Positions 42,271 through 51,697 of a stretch of DNA of 64,000 nucleotides are shown here, in pieces. Numbering within the stretch: position 1 is the stretch's first letter; each line of letters opens with the position of its first letter. This stretch comes from an uncultured Candidatus Rokubacteria bacterium. Its GTDB lineage: Bacteria > Methylomirabilota > Methylomirabilia > Rokubacteriales > CSP1-6. Below the pieces are notes generated by a model, which saw nothing but the letters and a program-made list of their open reading frames with translations, was not told the DNA's origin and did no database searches. The translations under genes were made by a program, and so were the position numbers. The DNA lies in contig CAVXJS010000009.1 of NCBI GenBank assembly GCA_963762145.1, forward strand, positions 224,001-288,000. The letters are read 5' to 3'.

Positions 42271-43032
42271 CTACTCCAGCGTCAGGGTGATCGGACAGTG
42301 GTCCGAACCCAGCACGTGGGGCAGGATCGTGGCCGCGCGCACGCGGCCCCGCAGCTCGTCGGAGACGAAGAAGTAGTCGATGCGCCAGCCGGTGTTGCGC
42401 GCCCGCGAGCCCGTCTTGAGGTCCCACCACGTGTAGTGGCCGGGCTCGGGGGTGAAGAGCCGGAACGTGTCGTGATAGCCGGCCGCGATGAACCGCGTCA
42501 CCCACTCGCGCTCGGCGGGCAGGAAGCCCGACGTCCGCTCGTGCTCCTTCGGGCGGGCCAGGTCCACCTCGGTGTGCGCGGTGTTGACGTCGCCGCACAC
42601 CACGATGCCCTTGCCCTGCTTGCGCCGCGATTCGGCGAACGCGAGGAAGGCCTCGTAGAAGGCGAGCTTGTGCTGGACCCGCTCGGGACCCATTCCGCCG
42701 TTCGGGAAGTAGACGTTGAAGAGATGGAAGTCGGGCAGCTCGGTGTGCACCAGCCGCCCCTCGCAATCGAGCACCGGCGAGTCGCAGAGCGTGCCGGCCG
42801 CGATCGGCTCGGGCCTCAGATAGGTCGCCACCCCGCTGTAGCCCTTGCGCTCGGCGAAGCTCCAGTAGCTCCGGTAGCCGAGCGGCGTCCGCATCTCGTC
42901 GGTGACCTGCTCGGCCTGCAGCTTGGTCTCCTGCAGGCAGACCACGTCGGCCGCCTCCGCGCCGAGGATCTCGAGCAGCCCCTTCTTCCACGCGGAGCGG
43001 AGCCCGTTGACGTTCCAGGAGAGGAGCTTCAA
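42271..43032 (-). CDS. xth: exodeoxyribonuclease III
   Basis: SWNVNGLRS; CLQETK; GYSGV; NVYFPNG; GDVNTAH; YTWW; GWRIDYF; SDHCP. Confidence 0.95.
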   Translation of the reverse strand: MKLLSWNVNGLRSAWKKGLLEILGAEAADVVCLQETKLQAEQVTDEMRTPLGYRSYWSFAERKGYSGVATYLRPEPIAAGTLCDSPVLDCEGRLVHTELPDFHLFNVYFPNGGMGPERVQHKLAFYEAFLAFAESRRKQGKGIVVCGDVNTAHTEVDLARPKEHERTSGFLPAEREWVTRFIAAGYHDTFRLFTPEPGHYTWWDLKTGSRARNTGWRIDYFFVSDELRGRVRAATILPHVLGSDHCPITLTLE

Positions 43033-43835
43033 GGCATTCCCGTATCCGCTCGCCTCGTCTTCGGCTGCGGCTCGCCGTGCCGGTAATCCTCGGCGCGGTC
43101 CTCGGGGACGTAGCCCAGCACCGCCCGCGCATGCTCGATGTCGCGGTAGCCCCACTTGTTCGACGAGGTGATGAAGAACACGTCGAAGCGCACCCGGTCC
43201 GGCGCGGCCAGCGCGCGCTCGATCGCCTGGGCGATGTCGCGCCGGCTGCACCAGACCGAGAACTCGCGCGGCTTCACCGGCCGGTCCGCTTCGCTCACGT
43301 GGCCGATCCGCAGGCAGATCATCGACATGGGGGTGGTGTCGGCGAAGTGACGCGCGAGCGCCTCGCCCCAGACCTTGCTGCAGCCGTAGAGGCCGCTCGG
43401 GCGCATCGGCGACTCGTGGGTGAGCATGGGCCACTCCGCGACTTCATCGTAGCGGCCGGCCGCGAGCGCCGCGTAGGGCTCGTCGGTCTCGATGCGGCTC
43501 ACGGTGGCGCCGCTGCTCGCGTAGATCACCCGCTTCACCGAGGCCCGGCGCGCTGCCTCGAAGACGTTGTAGGTGCCGACCACGTTGTCGCGCAGCACCG
43601 CGTCCCACCCCGGCGTGCCCCCGGCGTCGGACACGTTGGCGGCCAGGTGCACGACCGCGTCCACGTCGCGGAAGGCGGGCGCGATGGCGTCGAGGTCGCC
43701 GATATCGGCCCGATGCGTCTCGACGCCCGCGACCGGGCGCCGGTTGAGCGCTCGCAGCGCCCAGCGCCCCTCGAGGCGCGCGCGCACCGCGCTGCCGATG
43801 AGGCCGCTCATGCCCGTGACCAGGACCCGGCGCAT
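43029..43835 (-). CDS. NAD-dependent epimerase/dehydratase (uronate dehydrogenase-like)
   Basis: VLVTGMSGLIG; VVHLAA; YASS; YGCSK; CLRIG. Confidence 0.88.
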   Translation of the reverse strand: MRRVLVTGMSGLIGSAVRARLEGRWALRALNRRPVAGVETHRADIGDLDAIAPAFRDVDAVVHLAANVSDAGGTPGWDAVLRDNVVGTYNVFEAARRASVKRVIYASSGATVSRIETDEPYAALAAGRYDEVAEWPMLTHESPMRPSGLYGCSKVWGEALARHFADTTPMSMICLRIGHVSEADRPVKPREFSVWCSRRDIAQAIERALAAPDRVRFDVFFITSSNKWGYRDIEHARAVLGYVPEDRAEDYRHGEPQPKTRRADTGMP

Positions 43836-43931
43836 GGCGAGCACCATACCATGCCGCCGCGGCCGGAGCCGGGGCGCGCGCTTGACCGCGCCACCGGCCG
43901 CGGCTACAGTCCCGACCGGGAGGACACCGCC

Positions 43932-44705
43932 ATGCTCGATCTGGGTCTCACCGGGAAGGTCGCCATCGTCACCGGAGGCAGCGAGGGCCTCGGCCGCGCC
44001 ACCGCCATGCGGCTCGCCGCCGAGGGCGCGCACGTCGTGATCTGCGCGCGCCGCAAGGACGTGCTGGAGCGCGCCGCCGAGGACGTCCGCCGCCAGACCG
44101 GCGTGCAGGTGCTGGCCCTGCCCGCCGACGTCACCCGCGCCGCCGACGTGGACGCGGTGGTCAGCGCGGCGCTCGGCACCTACGGAGGCGTGGACATCCT
44201 GGTCAACAACGCGGGCACCTCCTCCGCGGCGAGCTTCGAGAAGGTGGACGACGCGACGTGGGAGGCCGACATCCAGGTCAAGCTCATGGCCGCGGTCCGG
44301 TTCTGCCGGCTCGTGATCCCGCAGATGAAGACGCGCGGCGGCGGCCGCATCATCAACGTGACCACCGTGGGCGGCAAGGCCCCCGCGGCCCGCGCTCTGC
44401 CCACCAGCGTGACGCGCGCGGCCGGCATCAACCTGACCAAGTCACTGGCCAACGAGTACGCGCCCGACCGCATCCTGGTGAACACGATCTGCCTGGGCCT
44501 CGTGAAGAGCGCGCAGTGGGAGCGCCGGGCCAAGGGCGCCGATCTGGAAGGTTACTACCGCGAGGCCGCGAAACGCATCCCGATCGGCCGCATGGGGGAA
44601 GCCGAGGAGTTCGCCGACCTGGTGGCGTTTCTCGTCTCCGACCGCGCCGCCTACATCACCGGCACGGCGATCAACTTCGACGGCGGGATGTCGGCCGCGT
44701 TCTAG
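43932..44705 (+). CDS. short-chain dehydrogenase/reductase
   Basis: TGGSEGLG; LVNNAG; SVTRAA in place of YxxxK; YITGTAINFDGG. Confidence 0.9.
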   Translation: MLDLGLTGKVAIVTGGSEGLGRATAMRLAAEGAHVVICARRKDVLERAAEDVRRQTGVQVLALPADVTRAADVDAVVSAALGTYGGVDILVNNAGTSSAASFEKVDDATWEADIQVKLMAAVRFCRLVIPQMKTRGGGRIINVTTVGGKAPAARALPTSVTRAAGINLTKSLANEYAPDRILVNTICLGLVKSAQWERRAKGADLEGYYREAAKRIPIGRMGEAEEFADLVAFLVSDRAAYITGTAINFDGGMSAAF

Positions 44706-44828
44706 AAGGCCGAGAAGGGCCCATCTGCTTCGTTGGGGCCCTCGGTCAGGCGCTCAACGTACAGGGAGTACGCCTCGCGCCTGACCTTCGGGCCCCGCCT
44801 CGCAGCTGGACCCTTCTCGCCCTTCTAG
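44702..44828. repeat. MITE-like palindromic element bounded by CTAG
   Basis: Imperfect terminal inverted repeats of about 27 bp (CTAGAAGGCCGAGAAGGGCCCATCTGC / GCAGCTGGACCCTTCTCGCCCTTCTAG). Internal nested stems end in CGTAC-AGGGA-GTACG. Confidence 0.8.
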
Positions 44829-45793
44829 GCCTGCTGGATGGCGGAGAGCTTGAAGGGGCCGGGGCCGACGGGGCGGACGAACGTCCAGTACTCCTCGAAC
44901 TTCACCGGCTCCGTGCGGCTGCCCTCGAGCACGCGGGCTCCGCTCTCGTCGGTGGTGTAGTCGAGCAGGCTCGCCAGGAAGTGCACGGTCACGTAGTCCT
45001 GGCCGGTCTCCTGCCAGGCCTCGGTGACCTCGGCGGTGCGCACCGCGATGTTCTCGAGCCGGTTGATCTTCTGCTCCGCCCGCAGCCGGTCGCAGTCCCG
45101 CTGGAGCTGCGCCTGCATCTCCGGCGTGAGGTGGGCCGAGACGGTCCGGAGGTCGCGCGCCGTCCACGCGCCCTGGATCTTGAAGAAGACGTCGGAGGCG
45201 GCCTCCGCGACCACGCGTGGATCGAAGCTCCCGTCCATCTGGCGAAGATGACCGATCCCGCGCTCGAGATCGGTCGGGCCGGTCGCGGGCTCCACCGTGG
45301 CGGTGCCGCCACCCGAGGCCGCGGCCCCGTAGCGGGCCGCCATCCCGGCGTCATCGCGGGTACCGGGCCCGCCGTAGCCCCCGCCCGCCATCGCATACCC
45401 TGAGGGCGCGGCCGCGGCCTGGCGGCGCCGCATGTAGGAGATCGCGAACCACGCCAGCGCGGCGACGATCAGGATCTCCATCAGCCCGATGCCGCTGCCG
45501 AAGCCGCCGCCGAAGAGCAGCCCACCCAGCAGGCCGCCCAGCAGCAGACCACCCAGCATCCCCCCCATCATGCCGCCCCAGCCCGACCGCGGCTGCGACG
45601 GGGCCATCGCCGGCGAGGAGGGCTGGCTCGGTGAGACCGGGCTCGCGCCCGGCCTGGCCGGAGAGGAGTAGCTGCGGGAGCCGCGGCTTCCGCTCGAGCT
45701 GCCGCCGCCCGCACGAGCCCATGCTTCGGTCACGGAGAGCACGGGCATGATCGCCAGCGCTATCAGAACGGCCAGAGCCAGGGTCCGCTTCAT
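44825..45793 (-). CDS. Tim44-domain protein
   Basis: Signal peptide; ARAGGG..GSRGSRS; Gly-rich TM; C-terminal Tim44 domain (DGSFDP, IQGAW, FEEYWTFVR..LSAIQQ). Confidence 0.9.
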   Translation of the reverse strand: MKRTLALAVLIALAIMPVLSVTEAWARAGGGSSSGSRGSRSYSSPARPGASPVSPSQPSSPAMAPSQPRSGWGGMMGGMLGGLLLGGLLGGLLFGGGFGSGIGLMEILIVAALAWFAISYMRRRQAAAAPSGYAMAGGGYGGPGTRDDAGMAARYGAAASGGGTATVEPATGPTDLERGIGHLRQMDGSFDPRVVAEAASDVFFKIQGAWTARDLRTVSAHLTPEMQAQLQRDCDRLRAEQKINRLENIAVRTAEVTEAWQETGQDYVTVHFLASLLDYTTDESGARVLEGSRTEPVKFEEYWTFVRPVGPGPFKLSAIQQA

Positions 45794-45924
45794 CGCGTGC
45801 CTCCTCGGGATAGGGTGTCGGGCTTGGGGATCGCTACGGGCACAGTATACGCGGAACTTTCCTCCCGTGCTCCGGTCTAAGCGGGCAATCCATTGCCCCG
45901 CCCCGAGCGGGCCCGGAGGAGATC

Positions 45925-46968
45925 ATGAACCCAGCTCGACGCTCGTTCCTCACGCTGCTCGCCACCGGCGGCGCGGTCGCCGCCACCCCTGCCCTCGCCC
46001 GGGCCGACCGGCCGCGCGTCCTGCACGGCGCGAGCGGCGACCCCTCCGCCTCGCTCGGCGGGGGCCGCAGCCCCGAGCTCGAACGGGCGCTGGGTGGGCT
46101 GATCCTGGGCCCGGCGGCGGTCCAGGGCGGCCTCGCGGTGCTGTGGCTACTGGCCAGGGATCTCGCGGGCCGGCCGCCGCTCGAGATCCTGACGCTCGAC
46201 GAGAGCCGCGCCCGCGGCGTCCTCACCGTGCTCGAGCGCCCGCAGGCCAGCGTGCCGGACCTGATCGCGGAGAACCGCGGCAAGACCCACGTGCTGCTCC
46301 TGGCCGGCGAGATCCTGATCGGAGGGAAGCAGAACCGCGTGCTGCGCGAGGACCTGCTCCTGCCGCCGCACAGCGGGCCGCGGAACATCGCGGTGTACTG
46401 CGTGGAGCAGGGCCGCTGGAACGAGGGCCGCAAGGACTTCGAGAGCCGGGGCAGCGTGGTACAGCCGAGCGTCCGCTCCCAGGTTCTCCAGAAAGCCGAG
46501 CAATCGCGGATCTGGTCGGGCGTCGCGGCGGCCTCGCGCAGCGTGGCGGCGCCCTCGGCGACGGGCAGCTACCAGGCCATCTACGACAAGCCCGAGGTCA
46601 AGGCGCATCTCGAGCACACGACCCGGAGCTTCGAGCCCGCGGTGGCCCCCACCGCGGTCGGCGCCGCCGTCTTCGTGGGGCCGAACCTGGCCGGCGTGGA
46701 CTGCTTCCACGCGCCCGGCCTCTTCGCGCGCGAGTGGCCCAAGCTGCTGCGCGCCTATGCGCTCGACGCCTACGGGACCGCCGCGGGCGCGTGGGACGAG
46801 GCGGCCGGGCGGGCGCGCGCCGACGGCCTCCTGCGCGCCGCCGCGCGCGTCGACGGCGGTACGCGCGGGAGCGTGGGGGTCGGGCGGCTCTTCGAGTTCG
46901 CCCTGGACGGCCGGCGCGGGGCCGCCCTGCTCTTCGAGGGCCAGGCGATCCATGTCGCGATCCTGTGA
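45925..46968 (+). CDS. Tat-exported DUF6569/ARPP-1-like protein
   Basis: RRSFL Tat leader; VPDLIAEN...LLLAGEILIGGKQNRVL...VYCVEQGRW; QSRIW; LLRAYALD. Confidence 0.7.
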   Translation: MNPARRSFLTLLATGGAVAATPALARADRPRVLHGASGDPSASLGGGRSPELERALGGLILGPAAVQGGLAVLWLLARDLAGRPPLEILTLDESRARGVLTVLERPQASVPDLIAENRGKTHVLLLAGEILIGGKQNRVLREDLLLPPHSGPRNIAVYCVEQGRWNEGRKDFESRGSVVQPSVRSQVLQKAEQSRIWSGVAAASRSVAAPSATGSYQAIYDKPEVKAHLEHTTRSFEPAVAPTAVGAAVFVGPNLAGVDCFHAPGLFAREWPKLLRAYALDAYGTAAGAWDEAAGRARADGLLRAAARVDGGTRGSVGVGRLFEFALDGRRGAALLFEGQAIHVAIL

Positions 46969-47083
46969 GCGGCGGGCGACGGCTTGGGCCGTCGCGGCCC
47001 GCCCGCGTATGATGCGGCCACGCACCGAGCCGCGCGCGGGGCCGGGCCCGCCGCGATTCGGGCGGCCAAGGAGGCCACACACG

Positions 47084-47653
47084 ATGGCGGCGAGATTGCC
47101 CTACCTCGATCGGGCGCAGGTCGGGCCCGAGCTGCAGCCGGTCTTCGACACGCTCCAGAAGGCGAGCGGGCGCGTGCTCAACTTCTACCGGCTCATGGCG
47201 CACCACGCGCGGTCGGTGGCGCCGTTCCTCGCCTGGTACCCGCAGCTCCGCGAGGGCGCGCTCGACCTCAAGCTCCGCTATCTGGCCTACGTCCGCGCGT
47301 CGCAGCTCAACCGGTGCCGCTACTGCGTCACCCACAACGGGGCCGCCGCGCGGCGCGTCGGCGTCTCCCGGGAGCAGCTCGACGCGCTCGCCGAATGGCC
47401 GACGAGCCCGCTCTTCTCCGAGCTCGAGCGCCTCGTGCTGGGCTACGCGGAGGAGATGACCCTCCGCGTCCAGGTGAGCCCGACGCTGGTGGAGACGCTC
47501 CGGAAGCACCTCGACCCCGAGGCGCTGGTCCAGCTCACCCTCTCGATCGCCGCGGCGAACTTCACCAACCGCTTCAACGAGGCGCTCGGCACCGAGCTCG
47601 AGGTCGAGGAGGGCCGCTCGGCGCCTTCCGCGGCGCCCCGCCCCGCCGGGTGA
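47084..47653 (+). CDS. carboxymuconolactone decarboxylase/AhpD-like protein
   Basis: MAARLPY; LAYVRASQLNRCRYCVTHN; FSELERLVL.YAEEMT; NFTNRFNEAL. Confidence 0.88.
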   Translation: MAARLPYLDRAQVGPELQPVFDTLQKASGRVLNFYRLMAHHARSVAPFLAWYPQLREGALDLKLRYLAYVRASQLNRCRYCVTHNGAAARRVGVSREQLDALAEWPTSPLFSELERLVLGYAEEMTLRVQVSPTLVETLRKHLDPEALVQLTLSIAAANFTNRFNEALGTELEVEEGRSAPSAAPRPAG

Positions 47654-48171
47654 GCGCGCCTCGTCACTGCCAGCGGTGTGGCGGCCGACTGCGGTCCACG
47701 CGCCAGGACGGCTTCCGACGGTGGCGATGCCCGCGCTGCGGCTGGATGTTCTACAACAACCCGGTGCCCGCCACGGTGGCCATCGTGGTCGGGCCGCGAG
47801 GCATCCTCCTGTGCCGACGGGCGGCCGAGCCCTACGCGGGCTACTGGGACCTGGCCGGCGGCTTCCTCGAGGCGGACGAGACGCCGGAGCGCGGGCTGCG
47901 CCGCGAGCTGCGCGAGGAGCTCGGCGCGCGCGTTCAGCGCGCGCGCTTCCGCGGCTTCGTGCCGGATCGGTACGGCCGCGGCGGCTTCCCGGTGCTGGGC
48001 ATCGTCTACGAGGTGCGCGTGGCGGGACGGATCACCCCGGGGAGCGACGTGATCGAGGTGCGCTGGGTGAAGCGCGACGCGATCCCGTGGCGGCGGCTCG
48101 GCTTCGCCTCGATCCGCCGGGCGCTCCGCGACTACTTGCGGGGCGGAGACCAGAAGAGCACGTTGCGGTGA
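47650..48171 (+). CDS. NUDIX hydrolase with N-terminal Zn ribbon
   Basis: HCQRCG...CPRCGW.FYNNP; Nudix box GGFLEADETPERGLRRELREE. Confidence 0.88.
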   Translation: MSAPRHCQRCGGRLRSTRQDGFRRWRCPRCGWMFYNNPVPATVAIVVGPRGILLCRRAAEPYAGYWDLAGGFLEADETPERGLRRELREELGARVQRARFRGFVPDRYGRGGFPVLGIVYEVRVAGRITPGSDVIEVRWVKRDAIPWRRLGFASIRRALRDYLRGGDQKSTLR

Positions 48172-48602
48172 GCCGGCTCGTGCGGTAGCACGAGCACCAG
48201 GTTGCGCGTGAGATGGCCGAACGCGGCCACCGCGGCCAGCGCGAGCACGAGACCGCCCACCGGCAGCGGCACGGCGGCGCCGCCCGCGCCCCAGAACCGC
48301 CACGCGAGCCCGGCCAGGACGGCGCCCAGCCCCAGGGTGGACTCGAGACACGCGCGCAGCTCGCCGGGATGCGGATCGGCCGTCGGCTCGCGCGACGCCT
48401 CCAGGGCCAGTCGCGCCAGGTCGCGCGCGAGGCCCGCGCCGAGCAGCACCACGCCCGCGCACACGAGCATCATCGGCCGGGTCAGCGCGATCTGCCGCTC
48501 CGGCCACGCCACGAGCAGGACCACACCCGTCGCGAGCGCGGCCAGATCCAGGACGCGCTCGACCCGTGCGATGCGTGCCTCCATGAGATCCATGAGATCC
48601 AT
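48132..48602 (-). CDS. hypothetical membrane protein (4 TM)
   Basis: Hydrophobic ORF with GLARDL, CLESTLG and C-terminal HRNVLFW. Confidence 0.6.
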   Translation of the reverse strand: MDLMDLMEARIARVERVLDLAALATGVVLLVAWPERQIALTRPMMLVCAGVVLLGAGLARDLARLALEASREPTADPHPGELRACLESTLGLGAVLAGLAWRFWGAGGAAVPLPVGGLVLALAAVAAFGHLTRNLVLVLPHEPAHRNVLFWSPPRK

Positions 48603-48803
48603 GCTGGCACAGAGCAACCCTTGCGCTGTCCGAAGTCTGACGGCGCTGCCGTCGCGCTGACGTACCCCGGGACGACGGGGTCGCGTCTATTCCCTGTAAT
48701 TCCAAGTCCTTGCGACGTATCGGGGGTGGCATGCCCCATGCGATGAAGGCGGCACCGGAGCACGACGGCGCGAGCCGATCCGAGACGGGCAAAGGAGCAA
48801 CCC

Positions 48804-49025
48804 ATGGCGCAGACCGAGGATGTCCTGGCCGAGTACGTCGAGCGGCTGTTCGAGAAGGCGAGCTTGCTGAGCCTCGCGGTGCTGGGTCACGGCCAGCTGC
48901 TGGAGAATGGCTGCCTGCGTCCAGACGGCAACCGCCTGGATCAGCTCCAGTCGCTGGCCACCGAGCTGGAGTTCGGCCTCGGCATGATCCACGATCGGCT
49001 CACCGAGCGCGGGGAGCTCGCCTGA
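48804..49025 (+). CDS. small hypothetical protein (73 aa)
   Basis: AAGGAG RBS, ATG start, GC3-rich codons, helical composition. Confidence 0.65.
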   Translation: MAQTEDVLAEYVERLFEKASLLSLAVLGHGQLLENGCLRPDGNRLDQLQSLATELEFGLGMIHDRLTERGELA

Positions 49026-49039
49026 GCGCCCAGCTCGTC

Positions 49040-49621
49040 ATGCGCTCGCGCGTCGCGCGCGTCCTCGCGCTGACTCTCGCGCTGCTCCCCCTCGGCTGCG
49101 CGCGCCCCATCGAGCCGGCCCGCGTGGCCGCGGTCCCGGTGGCCGCTCCCGCGCCCGTGGCCACCCCACCGCCCGCGCCCACCTGGCCGGACGCGGCGCC
49201 CGCGCCCGACCTCCCCACCTCCGAGGCCGCCAGCGAGACCTTCGCCGCGCGCGCGGAGCTGCCCGACGTGCACTTCGCCTCGGGCGAGATCCACGCGGAC
49301 CGCCGCGACCTCCCGGCGCTCGACGCGGCGGCGGCCTGGCTCAGGGCCAACCCGTCCCAGCTCGTGATCGTGGAGGGCTACACCGACGCGGTCGGGCCGC
49401 GCGCCGCCAACCTGGCGCTGGCCCAGCGTCGCGCGCGGTGGGTGATGGAGTACCTCGTGGCCAAGGGCGTGGCCGCCGGGCGGATCACCGCGGTGGCGCG
49501 CGGGGAGAGCGGCACCGTGTGCGCCGATCGGTCCGCGGGCTGCCAGCACCGCAACCGACGCGTGCACTTCCTGGCCCGCGAGAGCGGACCGCTCCAGCTC
49601 AGCGCGTCGCCCAGCCCCTGA
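49040..49621 (+). CDS. OmpA/Pal-family peptidoglycan-binding lipoprotein
   Basis: Lipobox PLGC; VHF; VEGYTD..G....NLALAQRRA; RGE; NRRV. Confidence 0.88.
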   Translation: MRSRVARVLALTLALLPLGCARPIEPARVAAVPVAAPAPVATPPPAPTWPDAAPAPDLPTSEAASETFAARAELPDVHFASGEIHADRRDLPALDAAAAWLRANPSQLVIVEGYTDAVGPRAANLALAQRRARWVMEYLVAKGVAAGRITAVARGESGTVCADRSAGCQHRNRRVHFLARESGPLQLSASPSP

Positions 49622-50555
49622 GGCAGGCGAGCGCGTCCTCGCGGCCGCGCTCGAGCGCCCGCGCGATGCCCGCCTGATCGAAGTCGAGCGGCCGCAGCGC
49701 GAGCGGCGCCGACGGTTGCAGCAGGTGGATCTCCACCCCCGGAAACTTGAGACGCGCCAGCTCCACGTCCCGCCGGATCTGGTGGATCATCCCCATCTCG
49801 AACGCTTCCTCCAGCGCGCGGCGCATGGTGGTGGGCGGCGCGCCGTGCTCATCCGGCGCGTAGCTCATCACCACCACCGCCCGCGCCACCCCCGGCTCCG
49901 CCGCGAGCGCCTCCAGCACCGGCGCGCGGCCGGTCAGGCCGCCGTCCACGAGCAGCGCGCCGCCCACGTCCACCGCGGGGAACGCGCCCGGCACCGCCGC
50001 CGCCGCCATCAGGGCCTCGCGGGTGATGGTCCGGTTGTCGAAGAGGCGCGCCTCGCGGCGGGCCAGGTCGCTCGTGATCACGAGAAGCCGCATGGACGAG
50101 GCGCGGACCCGCTCCAGGTCGAGGGAAGCGTCGATCAGCTCCCGCAGAGGCTGCGGGTCGAAGAGCGAGCCGGCGCCATTCAGCGCGAGCAGGGTGAGCC
50201 AGCCCGGCAGCAGGCCCGCGAAGAGCACCCGGGTGCGGAGCGAGTAGACGCGATCGCGCGAGAGGCCGCGCCACAGCGTCTCCAGACGCTCCATGCGGCC
50301 GTCGGCGATCATGGCCGCATTCAGCGCGCCCGCGGAAGAGCCGGCCACCAGCCGGATCGGCAGGCCACGCTCCACGAAGACGGCCGCGACCCCCGCCTCG
50401 TAGGCGCCCTTGGCGCCCCCGCCCGAGAGCACCAGCACGGTGGGCACGTCGAGCGGCCGCGTGGATGGCGCGCAGGCGGAGGCCGCCCCCGCGCCCAGCA
50501 GGAAGCCGAGGAGCGCGAGGGCGACGCCCCGCGCGGTCGTGGCGCGTGGAAGCAT
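49599..50555 (-). CDS. patatin-like phospholipase
   Basis: LSGGGAKG; GSSAG; DGG. Confidence 0.92.
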   Translation of the reverse strand: MLPRATTARGVALALLGFLLGAGAASACAPSTRPLDVPTVLVLSGGGAKGAYEAGVAAVFVERGLPIRLVAGSSAGALNAAMIADGRMERLETLWRGLSRDRVYSLRTRVLFAGLLPGWLTLLALNGAGSLFDPQPLRELIDASLDLERVRASSMRLLVITSDLARREARLFDNRTITREALMAAAAVPGAFPAVDVGGALLVDGGLTGRAPVLEALAAEPGVARAVVVMSYAPDEHGAPPTTMRRALEEAFEMGMIHQIRRDVELARLKFPGVEIHLLQPSAPLALRPLDFDQAGIARALERGREDALACLRGWATR

Positions 50556-50611
50556 GGCCCGGCTCTTACAACGAGCCGGGCCTGCGCGTCAATGACGCGT
50601 CCGACCGCGGG

Positions 50612-50998
50612 CTAGCGGGCGGTCGCGAGCTCGGGCCGGCGATCCAGCGTCATCCGCACGCGCCGGCAGAGATACTCGGGGGTGAACGGCTTGGTGAGGA
50701 CCGGCCCCGCCAGGCTGAGCCCACTCGCGACGAGGTAGTCGCGGTCGTAGGCGGACATGTACACGACTTTCAAGCCGGGCAGGAGCGCGACGAGCCCGGC
50801 CGCGAGATCGCACCCGTTCATCCCGGGCATCACCACGTCGGACAGCAGCAAGTGGATCGGGCCCGGGTGCTCGGCCGCGACGCGGATCGCGTCCTGACCG
50901 TCGGCGGCCTCGAGCACGCGATATCCATCGCTGGCCAGCACGTCGCGGACCAGCACCCGCACCCACGGATCGTCGTCGACCACCAGGATGGTACGCAT
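50612..50998 (-). CDS. single-domain response regulator
   Basis: ILVVDDD; LLLSDVVMPGMNG; YMSAY; LTKPF. Confidence 0.9.
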   Translation of the reverse strand: MRTILVVDDDPWVRVLVRDVLASDGYRVLEAADGQDAIRVAAEHPGPIHLLLSDVVMPGMNGCDLAAGLVALLPGLKVVYMSAYDRDYLVASGLSLAGPVLTKPFTPEYLCRRVRMTLDRRPELATAR

Positions 50999-51339
50999 CA
51001 GCTCGCCCTCCGGCGCCGGACACGGGCCGGCATCTTGGCGGGACCCGCCGCGAGGCGCGCGTCGCTCTCCGCGCGCTTCGCGCGCAGCCGCTCCAGCCAG
51101 AGCGGGCGGGGCATGGCGGCCACGCGCATTGCGCGGTCCACGTTGACGTTGCCGATCACGACGGGAGCCTTGTCCGCGCGCTCGCGGTTGAGCCAGGACT
51201 CGAGTGGATAGAACTCGACGCTGCCGCAGGTCGGGCAGTGCCTGAACATGGCCGAGTCGAACACGGTGTTGCAATCGAGCTCCATGCAAAGCTTCGCGTA
51301 GCGCAGATCCATGCGTGGCAGGTCTCGCTGGGAACTCAT
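50998..51339 (-). CDS. small Zn-ribbon hypothetical protein
   Basis: CMELDC...HCPTCGS..YPL..WL; GGAGG RBS; stop overlaps the start of the response regulator. Confidence 0.7.
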   Translation of the reverse strand: MSSQRDLPRMDLRYAKLCMELDCNTVFDSAMFRHCPTCGSVEFYPLESWLNRERADKAPVVIGNVNVDRAMRVAAMPRPLWLERLRAKRAESDARLAAGPAKMPARVRRRRAS

Positions 51340-51697
51340 CCGATCCTCCCGTGGTGGCAGTTGGCCCCACTATCTCTGTGACCAGGCAGGCCGGAAAGCT
51401 CGGCGCCGGTACAACCGGCCGGTGGAGAAGGGACCGACAAATTATCCCGGCCACCGCGCTTCCGACCTGCCTGATCCGTACGCGCTCCTAGGGGCAAGTC
51501 CTGTACCAGAAGGGATGCGTCGTAGAATCAGCGGCTTGCCGACGGCCCACCGGAGCGAGTTCCCCCTCTCTTCCGTGGGTGGGCAAGGAACTACCCTATT
51601 GGTGGGTCGAGGCTTTCTCCGCACATTCTGCGGAGCGAAGAAAGCGCGCGCGGGCCGTCTTGACAGCGCGCGCACGCGCCCCGCATGATCTTCATGC

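Noticed and set aside
48580-48603. 9-bp tandem repeat (TCCATGAGA) about 2.7 times
   Set aside because: Too short. It encodes MDLMDLM at a gene start and is not a CRISPR or a convincing contingency locus.
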